Positions 16,669 to 31,112 of a DNA stretch of 64,000 nt are shown in pieces (the first letter of the stretch is position 1; the number at the start of each line of letters is the position of its first letter). Source of the stretch: the human T2T-CHM13v2.0 reference genome, Homo sapiens; assembly GCF_009914755.1 (NCBI RefSeq), contig NC_060932.1, one strand, 5' to 3'. Both the position numbers and the translations under genes were made by a program. Under the pieces are notes generated by a model. The model saw only the letters and a program-made list of their open reading frames with translations. It searched no databases and was not told where the DNA came from.

Positions 16669-16877
16669 TGTTTACAAGAAAAAGATGAACACATCAAAAG
16701 ATTACAAGAAAAGATCACAGAAATAGAAAAATGCACTCAAGAACAACTTGATGAAAAATCTTCACAACTGGATGAGGTACTTGAGAAGTTGGAAAGGCAC
16801 AATGAAAGAAAAGAAAAACTAAAACAACAGTTGAAAGGAAAGGAAGTAGAACTTGAAGAAATCAGAAAAGCTTACAG
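16669..16877 (+). CDS. LRRCC1: LRRCC1 coding exon
   Basis: tcttaaag| ... AG|gtatta; 209 nt, CLQEKDEHIKRLQEK...EIRKAY. Confidence 0.92.
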
Positions 16878-16971
16878 GTATTATATAGTACAGTATTTCC
16901 CACTGAGAAATAAAATGTGGCTTAATAATTTAATAAACCCAATTTATTTTTCAAATTACTTCTCATATTAG

Positions 16972-17109
16972 TACACTGAATCGGAAGTGGCATGATAAAG
17001 GAGAACTTCTATGTCATCTTGAAACACAAGTAAAAGAAGTGAAAGAAAAATTTGAAAACAAGGAAAAGAAACTTAAAGCGGAAAGAGACAAAAGTATTGA
17101 ACTACAAAA
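16972..17109 (+). CDS. LRRCC1: LRRCC1 coding exon (after a 94-nt intron)
   Basis: atattag| ... AA|gtaagc; 138 nt, (S)TLNRKWHDKGELL...SIELQ. Confidence 0.92.
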
Positions 17110-17396
17110 GTAAGCATTAGGTTCTAAAGGATTTGAGATCTCCTTAATCGTAAACACTGTGGAATGGGTGAAATACGTATAAAGAGAGGAGGGCTAAAAA
17201 TCATGTAAGACATAGTTATTTGCCAAGAAGTTTATTTCCATTTCATCTGTAAAATGAAGATAGCAGTAGCACCTACCTTAAATGTTAGATAAGAGGTTGA
17301 CATTTGATATATATGTGTGTATTTATGAATAGATGTGGCTTATATGAATTATCTAGTTCTTAGAACAGTGCCTGACACATAAGAATTGCTATATGA

Positions 17397-17696
17397 GGCT
17401 GCACACGGTGGCTCACGCCTGCAATCCCAGCGCTTTGGGAGGCCGAGGTGGGTGGATCACCTGAGATTAGGAGTTCAAGACTAGCCTGGCCAACACGATG
17501 AAACCCCATCTCTACTAAAAATAGAAAAAATTAGCCAGGCGTGGTGGCAAGCGCCTGTAATCCCAGCTACTCAGGAGGCTGAGGCCAGAGAATCACTTGA
17601 AGCCAGGAGGCGGAGGTTGCAGTGAGCTGAGATCACACCATTGCACTCCAGCCTGGGCAACAAGAGCGAAACTTTGTCTCAAAAAGAAAAAAAAAA
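17397..17696 (+). mobile_element. AluS-type SINE
   Basis: Alu consensus; TSD aagaattgctatatga. Confidence 0.92.
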
Positions 17697-17831
17697 GAAT
17701 TGCTATATGAACATTTTGTTTTTATTACGATGAGCATTTTAAACTGTGTTTGAATGAAAGCAGCTAGTGATATTTTAGTTGTTGAAAGTGGATTTTAGAG
17801 GAGACTGCCAGTTGACTACCAGGGTCAATGA

Positions 17832-18224
<393 letters not shown>

Positions 18225-19417
18225 TAAAATGTGTACCTGGCTGCCACTGTTCTGTGGGTTCCATAAAATGCTCAAGAGGAAATAAGGTTTTACTGTGTTA
18301 AAAAATATAACTAGACTTGTTAAAAATAAGTTATAAAGTTGGAACCTTCAGAATTAAGTAGCACAGCTTAATGATTAATTCTCGTGTGAAGATAGAGTGA
18401 TACAGATAACATGGCTATCTATGGATAGCCCAAAAATCTCACTTAAAGATAGGTTCTAATTATGTCAAATCTAATGTAACCTGGAATTTGATTTCTTGTT
18501 TTGACTCAGTCTAATGGGAAAGTGTTGTTACACTGCAGAAAGTTTTGGTTGATAGCACAGTTGTTTTCTGTTGATAGATTCTGTTCCACTTTGCTTTCAA
18601 CCAAGTACTAATACAAGAACTTTGGCTTGGAATCTGTTGCAGTTTTTTATCCTGCCAGTAACAAATTTACAATTAGGAGTCTTTGAGATTCTAAAAGAAA
18701 GTCATATTCTATAATTAGCCAAAAAAAACTAATAAAAATTATAAAACCTAACAATCTTCAGACTTTTCCATTGCATTATTCATTATACCGTTAATATAAA
18801 AATGCAGACCTGATTTTATACATGAATTGTCTTTATGACTAAGACTGGTATACTTTTTAATTTAAGGGAATTGTAATAAAATAAGCCAATTATTATAAAT
18901 AATAACAGGTTTTACTTGTATAGCTTTTTAAAATTTATAGGTTGATTTCTTCTATCTTATTTTGAACCCAACAGTAATCCTGTAAGGTTGGCAGAACAGT
19001 CCTGTTTTATAGTTGAAAAACTCAGCTTGTGACTTGCCACTAGTCACTTGGCTACTAAGTCATACAATTTTAAAAAGGCTTTTGATGCATGTTCCTTATG
19101 TTTAATCTGTTATTACTGATTGCTGTACTAAAACCAGAAAATGTGCTCTTTTTATGAATGTTACTTTTTAAATAGTATTATTTGTATTTATATAAAGGAA
19201 TTGTTTTACCTCCAGGATACTTTTAGTATGAAAATTTTGTGAATACCATTTAATGTGTTTCGTCCACTAAGCATTACCATAAGGAAGTCAAAAATACATA
19301 TTCATAAACTTAAACCATCTGTAGTATGCACTTCTCAAATTATCACATTGAAAACATGGAGAAAAAAGATTGGTAGTAGTCATCATCTGTGAAGGTGCTT
19401 ATAAACTATACCCTTAA

Positions 19418-19715
19418 GCCAAATGGTGGCTCACCTCTGTAATCCCAGTACTTTGGGAGGCCGAGGCGGGCAGATCACTTTAGACCAGGAGTTCAAGACC
19501 AGCCTATCCAACGTAGTGAAACCCTGTCTCTACTAAAAATACAGAAAATTAGCTGGGCCATGGTGGTGCACATCCTGTAATCTTAGTTACTTGGGAGGCT
19601 GAAGCATGAGAATCACTTGAACCTGGGAGCCAGAGGTTGCCTTGAGCCATGATCATGCCACTGCACTCCAGCCTGAGTGACACAGCCAGACCCTGTCTCA
19701 AAAATAAAATAAAAA
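19418..19715 (+). mobile_element. Alu SINE
   Basis: Diverged dimeric Alu. Confidence 0.9.
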
Positions 19716-20015
19716 ACTATACTCCTAGACTCAAAATAAATGGGGAAACAGAGTACTCTAACTTTCAGAAAATGAAAGTGTAAAAAACATTAGTGATATA
19801 TTATCCTAACCTAATGTTATCCTAATAGATTCTGCTGGATGATGAACTACTTACTTATATCTTTAGTTACCCTATAATAGCCTTTGATATTTTCATAATA
19901 CTGAGTTATGTTTCCATTAGTATGAATGTGAGCCACCCGAGAAGAAATAACATCCTAATCTTTACATTCACACCACATATACACATATATATGTGGATGT
20001 TCTTGTTTTTTTAAG

Positions 20016-20151
20016 GAATGCAATGGAAAAACTTCATAGTATGGATGATGCCTTTAAAAGACAAGTTGATGCAATTGTTGAAGCTCATCAAGCTGAAATA
20101 GCACAGCTGGCCAATGAAAAGCAGAAGTGTATTGATTCTGCAAATTTAAAG
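20016..20151 (+). CDS. LRRCC1: LRRCC1 penultimate coding exon
   Basis: tttttaag| ... AAG|gtattg; 136 nt, (K)NAMEKLHSMDDAFKRQ...SANLK. Confidence 0.93.
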
Positions 20152-20647
20152 GTATTGTAAGTAAAATTCACTTCAATAATCAGTATATTACATGATTATA
20201 GCTAAATAAATTAGATCTTCGAGAATTATAAAGAGAAAAGGCAACATGATCTCATGACCAAATAGATATAAAGAATGTTACCAAAACTATCCTAAAACCA
20301 GGGTAAAACGTTGGTAATACTTAGATTAATTGTAGAACATAATTCTAATTTCTAAGCAAAACTTGTACATTTGATTCTAGTGTGTACTTTCTCTGCTCTC
20401 TGGATAAAAATTTCATATCTAACTAATCTTGGATAGGAGTCTCTTTGGTTACACATAGGCAGGGTGAGAATCTGAAGGTATTAAACATAATCCATCACCA
20501 CCTTGGAAAAAGTTATCAGAGTATTAGGGTTCAAGACTATCAACTTTATTATCTCAATATTATTAATAAAGTAATGAGTTTAGAGTAATGCTAAATCAGA
20601 GGGAAACATCAGAAGCACCTATGAAGCTTTTTAATAATACACATTCA

Positions 20648-22273
<1,626 letters not shown>

Positions 22274-23035
22274 TTTTAAAAACCTACCAAGTGTTTAACA
22301 AGGGTACATCAGGTAATACTAAATAAGGTTTAAACCTTAAATAAGGTTACAGGTAATACTAAATAAGTTAATAGTAATGTTTAAGTATTAACCTTAATAC
22401 TAAATAAGTTTAAGGTTTAAACACTTAAAGGAAGTGTTTGAAGTAATATCAAAGGAAAGAGTTTTAGAAATAGCACTAGAGCTTAAATATGATAATTAGG
22501 TTTGCAGGCAGGGGATTATGAGGTATCACATAATAGTGATTATTTAAATTGGGAGAAATATTAGTTTTCTAAGGGAAAAGAGATTGAGAGATCTATATTA
22601 GGGTTTAGGAAGCATGAAGTAAACAGAAAAATGGTCATATTGGTAACATTATCAGAAGTGTTACGATATCGTAGGAAAGACAATTTCAATTAGAAGTTAA
22701 CAATATCAACTACAGCAACTCCTAGGAGAATGTAGGTTAGGAATAAATGATAAAATGATCTCTCAAAAAGATGGTAATATATAACCACCAACAGTGTTTT
22801 TAGAAAAGCTGTAGGCACTACATTAAAGATAGGGTTTCTTTGGGGAGGGAGGTTATTTCAGTTTTAAAAATCTATAAGGAACTGGTGTTTAAGCTGAACT
22901 TGTGACTCAGCATTGATAAGCAGTATAGGACTGTAGACAGATTAACCAAAAGCATGGGATTCTCTGTCCTAGCTATGATATATAGAAACTGTACAACTAT
23001 AAACAGATTTTCTAAGCTCTAAAATAGAGTTAAAA

Positions 23036-23051
23036 TGTGTGTGTGTGTGTA

Positions 23052-23090
<39 letters not shown>
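23036..23090. repeat. (TG)n(TA)n microsatellite at Alu tail
   Basis: Directly visible. Confidence 0.95.
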
Positions 23091-23098
<8 letters not shown>

Positions 23099-23377
23099 TT
23101 TTGAGATGGAGTTTCACTCTTGTTCTGGCTGGAGTGCAATGGCACTATCTTGCCTTACTGCAACCTCCACCTCCTGGGTTCAAGTGACTCCTCCCTCAGC
23201 TTCCTGAGTAGCTGGGTACAGTTGTGTACCACCACACCTGGCTAATTTTGTATTTTTAGCAAAGGCAGGGTTTCTCCATGTTGGCCAGGCTGGTCTTAAA
23301 CTCCTGACCTCAAGTGATCTGCCCACTTCGGCCTCCCAAAGTGCTGGGATTACAGGTGTGAGCCACCACACCCGGCC
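23091..23377 (-). mobile_element. AluS-type SINE
   Basis: Alu consensus. Confidence 0.92.
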
Positions 23378-23402
23378 AAGTTAAAATATATTGCCATGTC
23401 TT

Positions 23403-23873
<471 letters not shown>

Positions 23874-24008
23874 TTACTGACATTTCTTTAAATACATCAC
23901 AAATTTCAAAATGTGTAAGAATAAATTTTGGACCTTTTCTTTCAGAATGCATTTTAAAAATACATTTTCTTTAAGAAATTAAAATGTAAAATTTACATGT
24001 CGATTTAG

Positions 24009-24131
24009 GTCCATCAAATTGAAAAAGAAATGCGTGAACTTTTGGAAGAAACATGCAAGAACAAAAAAACAATGGAAGCAAAAATTAAGCAACTTGCTTT
24101 TGCTTTAAATGAAATTCAGCAAGATATGTGA
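24009..24131 (+). CDS. LRRCC1: LRRCC1 last coding exon (to stop)
   Basis: gatttag|GTC; VHQIEKEMRELLEETCKNKKTMEAKIKQLAFALNEIQQDM* ; all 13 exons total 2169 nt in one open frame. Confidence 0.93.
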   Translation, partial: VHQIEKEMRELLEETCKNKKTMEAKIKQLAFALNEIQQDM

Positions 24132-24302
24132 TGGTTCTGAGAATGAATTTAATTGAAATAGACCAGCAGACCTATTGTAAAAATGATTAAATATTGTAAT
24201 AGTAGTAACTGCTATGACTTTGAAATGTCTCTTTCTATACATTTCATTATGAATATATTTTTAAAGACTTTTGATCAAGTATTAATTGTATAGGTTTTTT
24301 AT

Positions 24303-24308
24303 AATAAA
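24303..24308 (+). terminator. LRRCC1: LRRCC1 polyadenylation signal AATAAA
   Basis: First canonical AATAAA ~170 nt after stop, T/GT-rich sequence downstream. Confidence 0.7.
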
Positions 24309-25039
24309 TTGTTGACAATTTTGTCTATTAGAAAAAACTATCATAACTAGACTTACAATATTTTTCTTGTTTCTGTACTATACGTTGTTTGGTAATTACA
24401 CATTTGCCTACAAATTTGTGAATGAAAAGATTAGTATTTTCACCATATGAGGTAAAACATTTTAATCATTGTTATCTTATTGTGATGATGAAGAACTAAT
24501 TATATTTGTTATTTAATTGATGTAGCTCAATTCTTTTAAAGTACTTATGTAGCCAAAAAGCATTTGAAATCTGTATGATAAAAGATGTGGCATTCTTAAG
24601 AAAGTATATGTAGCCATCTCCACATCACTCATTATGACCCCTTCTTTTATAATGCTTATATCTTTTCATTAAAGATTACATTTAAGGTTTTATAAATATT
24701 GTCTGTTCCTGAAGAGGAACACCACTGTTCCACCTTCATTCTCCCTTCTAATAACTGTATATGAAGAAATTCTGATAATGTAACTGGAAGCAGTAATTCA
24801 TTTCATTCCATACCAGGTCATTACTGTATTACTGTTTCACTTTTGTCACATCATATGCTATGTATGCAGAACAAAAGTCTTAAGTACTATGCCCCTCTTC
24901 TATTTCTGAAAGGAAGAAAATATATATTTTCTTGATATCAGTACTGAACTAAGATTTTAAAAGTAAATAGAACAAAAATAATTTAAGTGCTTCATAAAGA
25001 GAAGGCCCCATTTCATTATAGATAATCTTTGTGTTGAAA

Positions 25040-26965
25040 TTTGTGAGACAACATCAAACATAACAACATGTATAATGGGAGTCTTAGAAGGGGGGTAAAT
25101 ATTTGGAGAAGTAATGGCTGAAAACTCCCTCAATTTGATTTAAAATACCCTACATGGCTGGGTGCAGTGGCTTATGCCTGTAATTCCAGCACTTTGGAAG
25201 ACTGAGCCAGGAGAACTGTTTGAGCCCAGGAGTTAAAACACTAGCCTGGGCAACATAGTGAGCCCTGTCTCTTAAAGCACAAACAAATTAAAAGAACTAC
25301 AAATACAAGGTTTCAGTAAAGCCTGGGGTAAACATAGAATGACATCTAGACATGTTTTATAGTGAAACTGTTAGGGAAGCTCTTGAAAGGAGCAAGAAAA
25401 TATTCTCATATAGAGGAACAACAGGTTAACAGCTGACTCATCAGAAACAATGGAGGCCAGAAGGCAGTGGCAATATATTTGACATGCTGAAAGAAAAGGA
25501 ACTGTCAATCTAGAATTCTACATCTAGCAAAACTGTTCTTCAAAGTAAATGCAAAATAAAGACATTTTCAGATTAATAAAGACCAAGAAAGTGTATTGAT
25601 AGCCAGCCTGCCTTAAAGCTGAAGAAAACCTAAAGGCTTCAAAGAAATGATACCAGAAAGTGACTCAAATCCATTGAAAGAAATTAGTATTATAAAAAGT
25701 AAAATTTGTGGATAAATTTTTACATAAAAGACTAAATGTATTTTTCTTCTTTTAGCTAGAAGACACAAAGAAATAATAACTATTGTTGAATTTATAAAAT
25801 ATGTAACATGACAAAAATGGCATAAAGTTGGGGGAAGAAAATAGAGCTATATTTTAGAAAAGTTTACCAGATGAAATTAGTATTAAAGATGGCTGCATTA
25901 AATTAAAATGCATATTGTCATCACTAGAACAGCCACTAAGAAAATAATACAGCTTAAAAATGAACACTGGAGATTCCACTTCTGGAATAACTAAATAAGG
26001 ACCTCTGCAGATCTGTTTCCCATCAAAACAACCATAACTGGTGAAAAGTACTTTAAAACAGCCATTTAAAATCACTGAGAATTGTCCTTAGGGTATACAG
26101 CAAAAGAAGAAACATTTATTCAAGAAAAATTTAAATTCAGTAAGAATGGCAAAAACCTGTGGCACTGAACCAAGATTATCTCTCACCCTCAGCTCAGCCT
26201 GATGGCAGCTCCACACTAGGTGGAGCTCCTGGCAAAGAAGATAAGATTTCCTCTCCACTAACAGTCAAATACGATATTTCACCAGCTGGGCAGGCTGTGA
26301 GCATTCCTTGTGTCTTTCAAAAAAGTTACAACAAAGGCTAAATTCCTGGTACACATAACAAAACTGTAGCGGGCTCTCTTCCTTCCTTCCATGCATAGGG
26401 CAGGCCAAGAGTACCAGAAGCCCAATTACCCTTTCCCCAACTCATAAGGTAAATATATTTTATAATGGTAAAATGGTAATCCATCGGGAAGTTATAATCA
26501 GTGATACCTAACAAAAGAGCCCCAATATATATGAAGCAAAAACACACTTTAATGGAGAAATTGGTTATTAAACAATAATAGAGACAAGTACTCCACTTTC
26601 AATCATGGATAGAACAACTAAGCAGAAGATCGAGAAAATAAAAGATGTCAACACTATAAACCAACTAAGCCTAGCAGACATCTATACAACATTCTACTCA
26701 ACAGCAGAATACTGCTACATCTGTCTCAAAAGCACATAGAACATTCTGCAGGATAGATAACATGCTAGGCCATGAAATGAACCTCTGTAAATTTTAAAGC
26801 ATTGTGGTCATACAAAGCACGTTCTCTGACCACAAAGGACTGAAATTAGAATAACAACAACAACAAAAACTGGGAAATTTACAAATATGTGAAAATTTTA
26901 AAACACTTCTAAATAAGCAATGGGTCAAGTATGAAATCACAAAAGAAATTTAAAAATTGTTTAAG
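25040..26965 (+). mobile_element. Old L1M-type ORF1/ORF2 fragments (with Alu monomer ~25156-25292)
   Basis: acagctgactcatcagaaacaatggaggccagaaggcagtgg (L1M ORF1) and ctctgaccac...gaaattaga (EN region), heavily decayed. Confidence 0.75.
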
Positions 26966-26968
26966 GCT

Positions 26969-27428
<460 letters not shown>

Positions 27429-29332
27429 CTAAAGACTGTTGTGGCCAGCGGTCTGGGAACACCTTCGTACTTCCAGCATAGTGAGTTCACAAACTCAAAG
27501 GGCCAGAAAATAAAGGTGGAGGCCCAATACCAGCCCCTCAGACTTAGAAGAGCATGCAGCCCAGGAATACTCAGCTGAGTCCTGACCTCCCAAAAAATCT
27601 ACCAGAAACAAAGCTAGTTGGCTGAACCCACCTTATACCACAATCAGACCCCCACCCCCAAGGATATAAGATAAAAGCAAAACAAACAAGTCCCAACCAA
27701 AGGACAAGAATTTCAAAGACTGAAGGAACACCAGACCCCACAGATGAGAAAGAACCAAGAACTATGGCAACTCAAAAACCCAAAATGTCTTCCCTCCAAA
27801 CAACAGCACTAGTTCCCCAACAATGGTTCTTAACTGAGCTGAAATGGCTGAAATGACAGAAATAGAGACTAGAGCATGGATTGGACTGAAGATCATCAAC
27901 ATTCAAGAGAAAGTTGAAATCCAATCAAGCATTATAAGGATTACAATAAAATGATATAGGAAATAAAAGCCAAAATCACCATTCTGAGACAGAACCTAAC
28001 TGAGCTGATAGAACCGAAAAACTTACTTCAAGAATTTCACAGTTTAACTGCATATATTAATAGCAGAATCAACCAGGCTGAGGAAAGAATTCAAAGCTCA
28101 AAGGCCTGCTCTCCAAAATAGCTCAGTCAGACAAAAAGGAAGAAAACCAATGAAGAATGAACAAAACCTCTAAGAAATACGGGATTATGTAACAAAACCG
28201 AATCTATGACTCACTGGCATCCCTGAAAGACAGAGAAAGCAAGCAACTTGGAAAACATATTTCAGCATATCCATGAAAATTTCACCAGCCTTGCTAGAGA
28301 AGCCAGCATTCAAATTCAGGAAATGCAGAGAACCCCTGCAAAATACTAAACAAGACCATCCCTAATACACAAAAGTCATCAGATTCTCCAAGGCCAAAAT
28401 GAAAGAAAAAAGAGGCAGCTCAGGGGAAACCGCATCAGGCTAACAGCAGACCTTTCAGCAAAAACTCTACAAGCCAGAAGAGAATGGGGGCCTATATTCA
28501 GCATTTGTAAAGAAAACAATTTCCAGCAAGAATTTCATTTCCAACAAAACTAAGTTTCATAAGCAAAGGAGAAATAAGATTCTTTTCAGACAAGCAAGTG
28601 CTAAGTGACTGTGTTACCACCAGATCTGCATTACAAGCAGTCCTGAAGGGAGTACTAAACAATGTTAGGAAAGACCATTAACTAGACACCACAAAAACAC
28701 ACTGAAGTACATAGACCAGTGACACTCTAAAGCAACCACACAAACAAGTCTGTATAATAATCAGGTAACAAGATGATGACAGCAACAAATCCATGCATGT
28801 AAATACAAACTGAATGTAAATAGCTAAATGCCCCCAATCAAAAGGCACAGAGTGGGGGTCAGGGCATAGTATAACAAAAGGCAGCAGACAGCTTCCACAG
28901 ACTTAAACATCCCTGTCTGACAGCTCTGATGAGAGCAGTGGTTCTCTCAGCATGGCGTTCAAGCTCCAAAAATGGACAGTCTGCCTCCTCAAGAGAGTCC
29001 CTGACCCCCGTGTAGCCTGACTGGGAAACACCTCCCAGTAGGGACCGACAGACACCTCAAACAGGTGGGTGCCCTTCTGGGATGAAGCTTCCAGAGGAAG
29101 GATCAGGCAGCAATATTTGCTGTTCTGCAGCCTCTGCTGGTGATACCCAGGCAAACAGGGTCTGGAGTGGACCTCCAGCAAACTCCAACAGACCTGCAGC
29201 TAAGGGGTCTGACTGGTAGAAGGAAAACAAACAGAAAGGACTAGCATCAACATCAACAAAAAGGACACCCACACCAAAACCCCATCTGTAGGTCACCAAT
29301 ATCAAAGACCAAAGGTAGATAAAACCACAAAG

Positions 29333-30376
29333 ATGGGGAGAAACCAGAGCAGAAAAGCTGAAAATTCCAAAAAACAGAGTGCCTCTTCTCCTCCAAAGGA
29401 TCGCAGCTCCTCGCCAGCAAGGGAACAAAACTGGACACAGAATGAGTTTGACAAGTTGACAGAAGTAGGCTTCAGAAGGTCGGTAATAACAAACTTCTCA
29501 GAGCTAAAAGAGCATGTTCTAACCCATCACAAGGAAGCTAAAAACCTTGAAAAAAGTTTAGATGAATGGCTAACTAGAATAAACAGTGTAGAGAAGACCT
29601 TAAATGAACTGATGGAGCTGAAAACCATGGCACGAGAACTTCGTGATACATGCACAAGCTTCAATAGCCAATTTGATCAAGTGGAAGAAAGGATATCAGT
29701 GATTGAAGATCAAATTAATGAAATAAAGTGAGAAGACAAGATTAGAGAAAAAAGAATGAAAAGAAACGAACAAACCCTCCAAGAAATATGGGACTATGCG
29801 AAAAGACCAAGTCTATGTTTGAATGGTGTACCTGAAAGTGACAGGGAGAATGGAACCAAGCTGAAAAACACTCTTCAGGATACTATCCAGAAGAACTTCC
29901 CTAATCTAGCAAGGCAGGCCAACATTCAAATTCGGGAAATACAGAGAACACCACAAAGATACTCCTCGAGAAGAGCAACCCCAAGACACATAATTTTCAG
30001 ACTCACCAAGGTTGAAATGAAGGAAAAAATGTTAAGGGCAGCCAGAGAGAAAGGTCAGGTTACCCACAAAGGGAAGCCCATCAGACTAACAGCAGATCTC
30101 TCAGCAGAAACCCTACAAGCCAGAAGAGAGTGGGGGCCAATATTCAACATTCTTAAAGAAAATAATTTTCAACCCAGAATCTTATATCCAGCCAAACTAA
30201 GCTTCCTAAGTGAAGGAGAAATAAAATCCTTTACAGACAAGCAAATGCTGAAAGATTTTGTTACCACCAGGCCTGCCTTACAAGAGCTCCTGAAGGAAGC
30301 ACTAAACATGGAAAGGAACAACTGGTACCAGCCACTGCAAAAGCATGCCAAATGGCAAAGACCATCAATGCCATGA
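29333..30376 (+). pseudogene. L1 ORF1p pseudogene
   Basis: MGRNQSRKAENSK...EIWDY..RP...LSAETLQARREW...YPAKLSF; in-frame TGA at 29729. Confidence 0.92.
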
Positions 30377-31112
30377 AGAAACTGCATCAATTAATGGGCA
30401 AAATAACCAGCTAACATCATAATAACAGGATCAAATTCAAACATAACAATATTAACCTTAAATGTAAATGGGTTAAATGCCCCAATTAAAAGACACAGAC
30501 TGCCAACTTGGCTAAAGAGTCCAGACCCATCGGTATGCTGTATTCAGGAGACCCATCTCACATGCAAAGATGCACATAGGCTCAAAATAAAGGGATGGAG
30601 GAAGATGTACCAAGCAAATGGAAAGCAAAAAAAAAGCAGGGGTTGCAATCCTAGCCTCTGATAAAACAGACTTAAAACCAACAAAGATCAAAAGATACAC
30701 AGAAGGCCACTATATAATGGTAAAGGATCGATTCACCAAGAAGAGCTAACTATCATAAATATATATGCACCCAATACAGGAGCACCCAGATCAAGTCCTT
30801 AGAGACATACAGAGAGACTTAGACTTCCACACAATAATAATGGCAGACTTTAACACCCCACTGTCAATATTAGACATATCAATGAGACAGAAGGTTAACA
30901 AGGATATCCAGGACTTGAACTCAGCTCTGCACCAAGCGGACCTAATAGACATCAACAGAACTCTACAACCCAAATCAACAGAACATACATTCTTCTCAGC
31001 ACCACACTGCACTTATTCCAAAATTGACCACATAATTGGTAGTAAAACACTCCTCAGCAAATGTAAAAGAACGGAAATCAACAACAAACTGTCTCTCAGA
31101 CAACAGTGCAAT

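Noticed and set aside
18412-18430. Small palindrome ggctatc-tatg-gatagcc
   Set aside because: A 7-bp stem is expected by chance in 64 kb; no supporting context
28856-29330. L1 antisense promoter/ORF0 firing into the LRRCC1 3' end
   Set aside because: The element lacks roughly the first 500 nt of the 5'UTR, which carries ORF0 and the main antisense start sites
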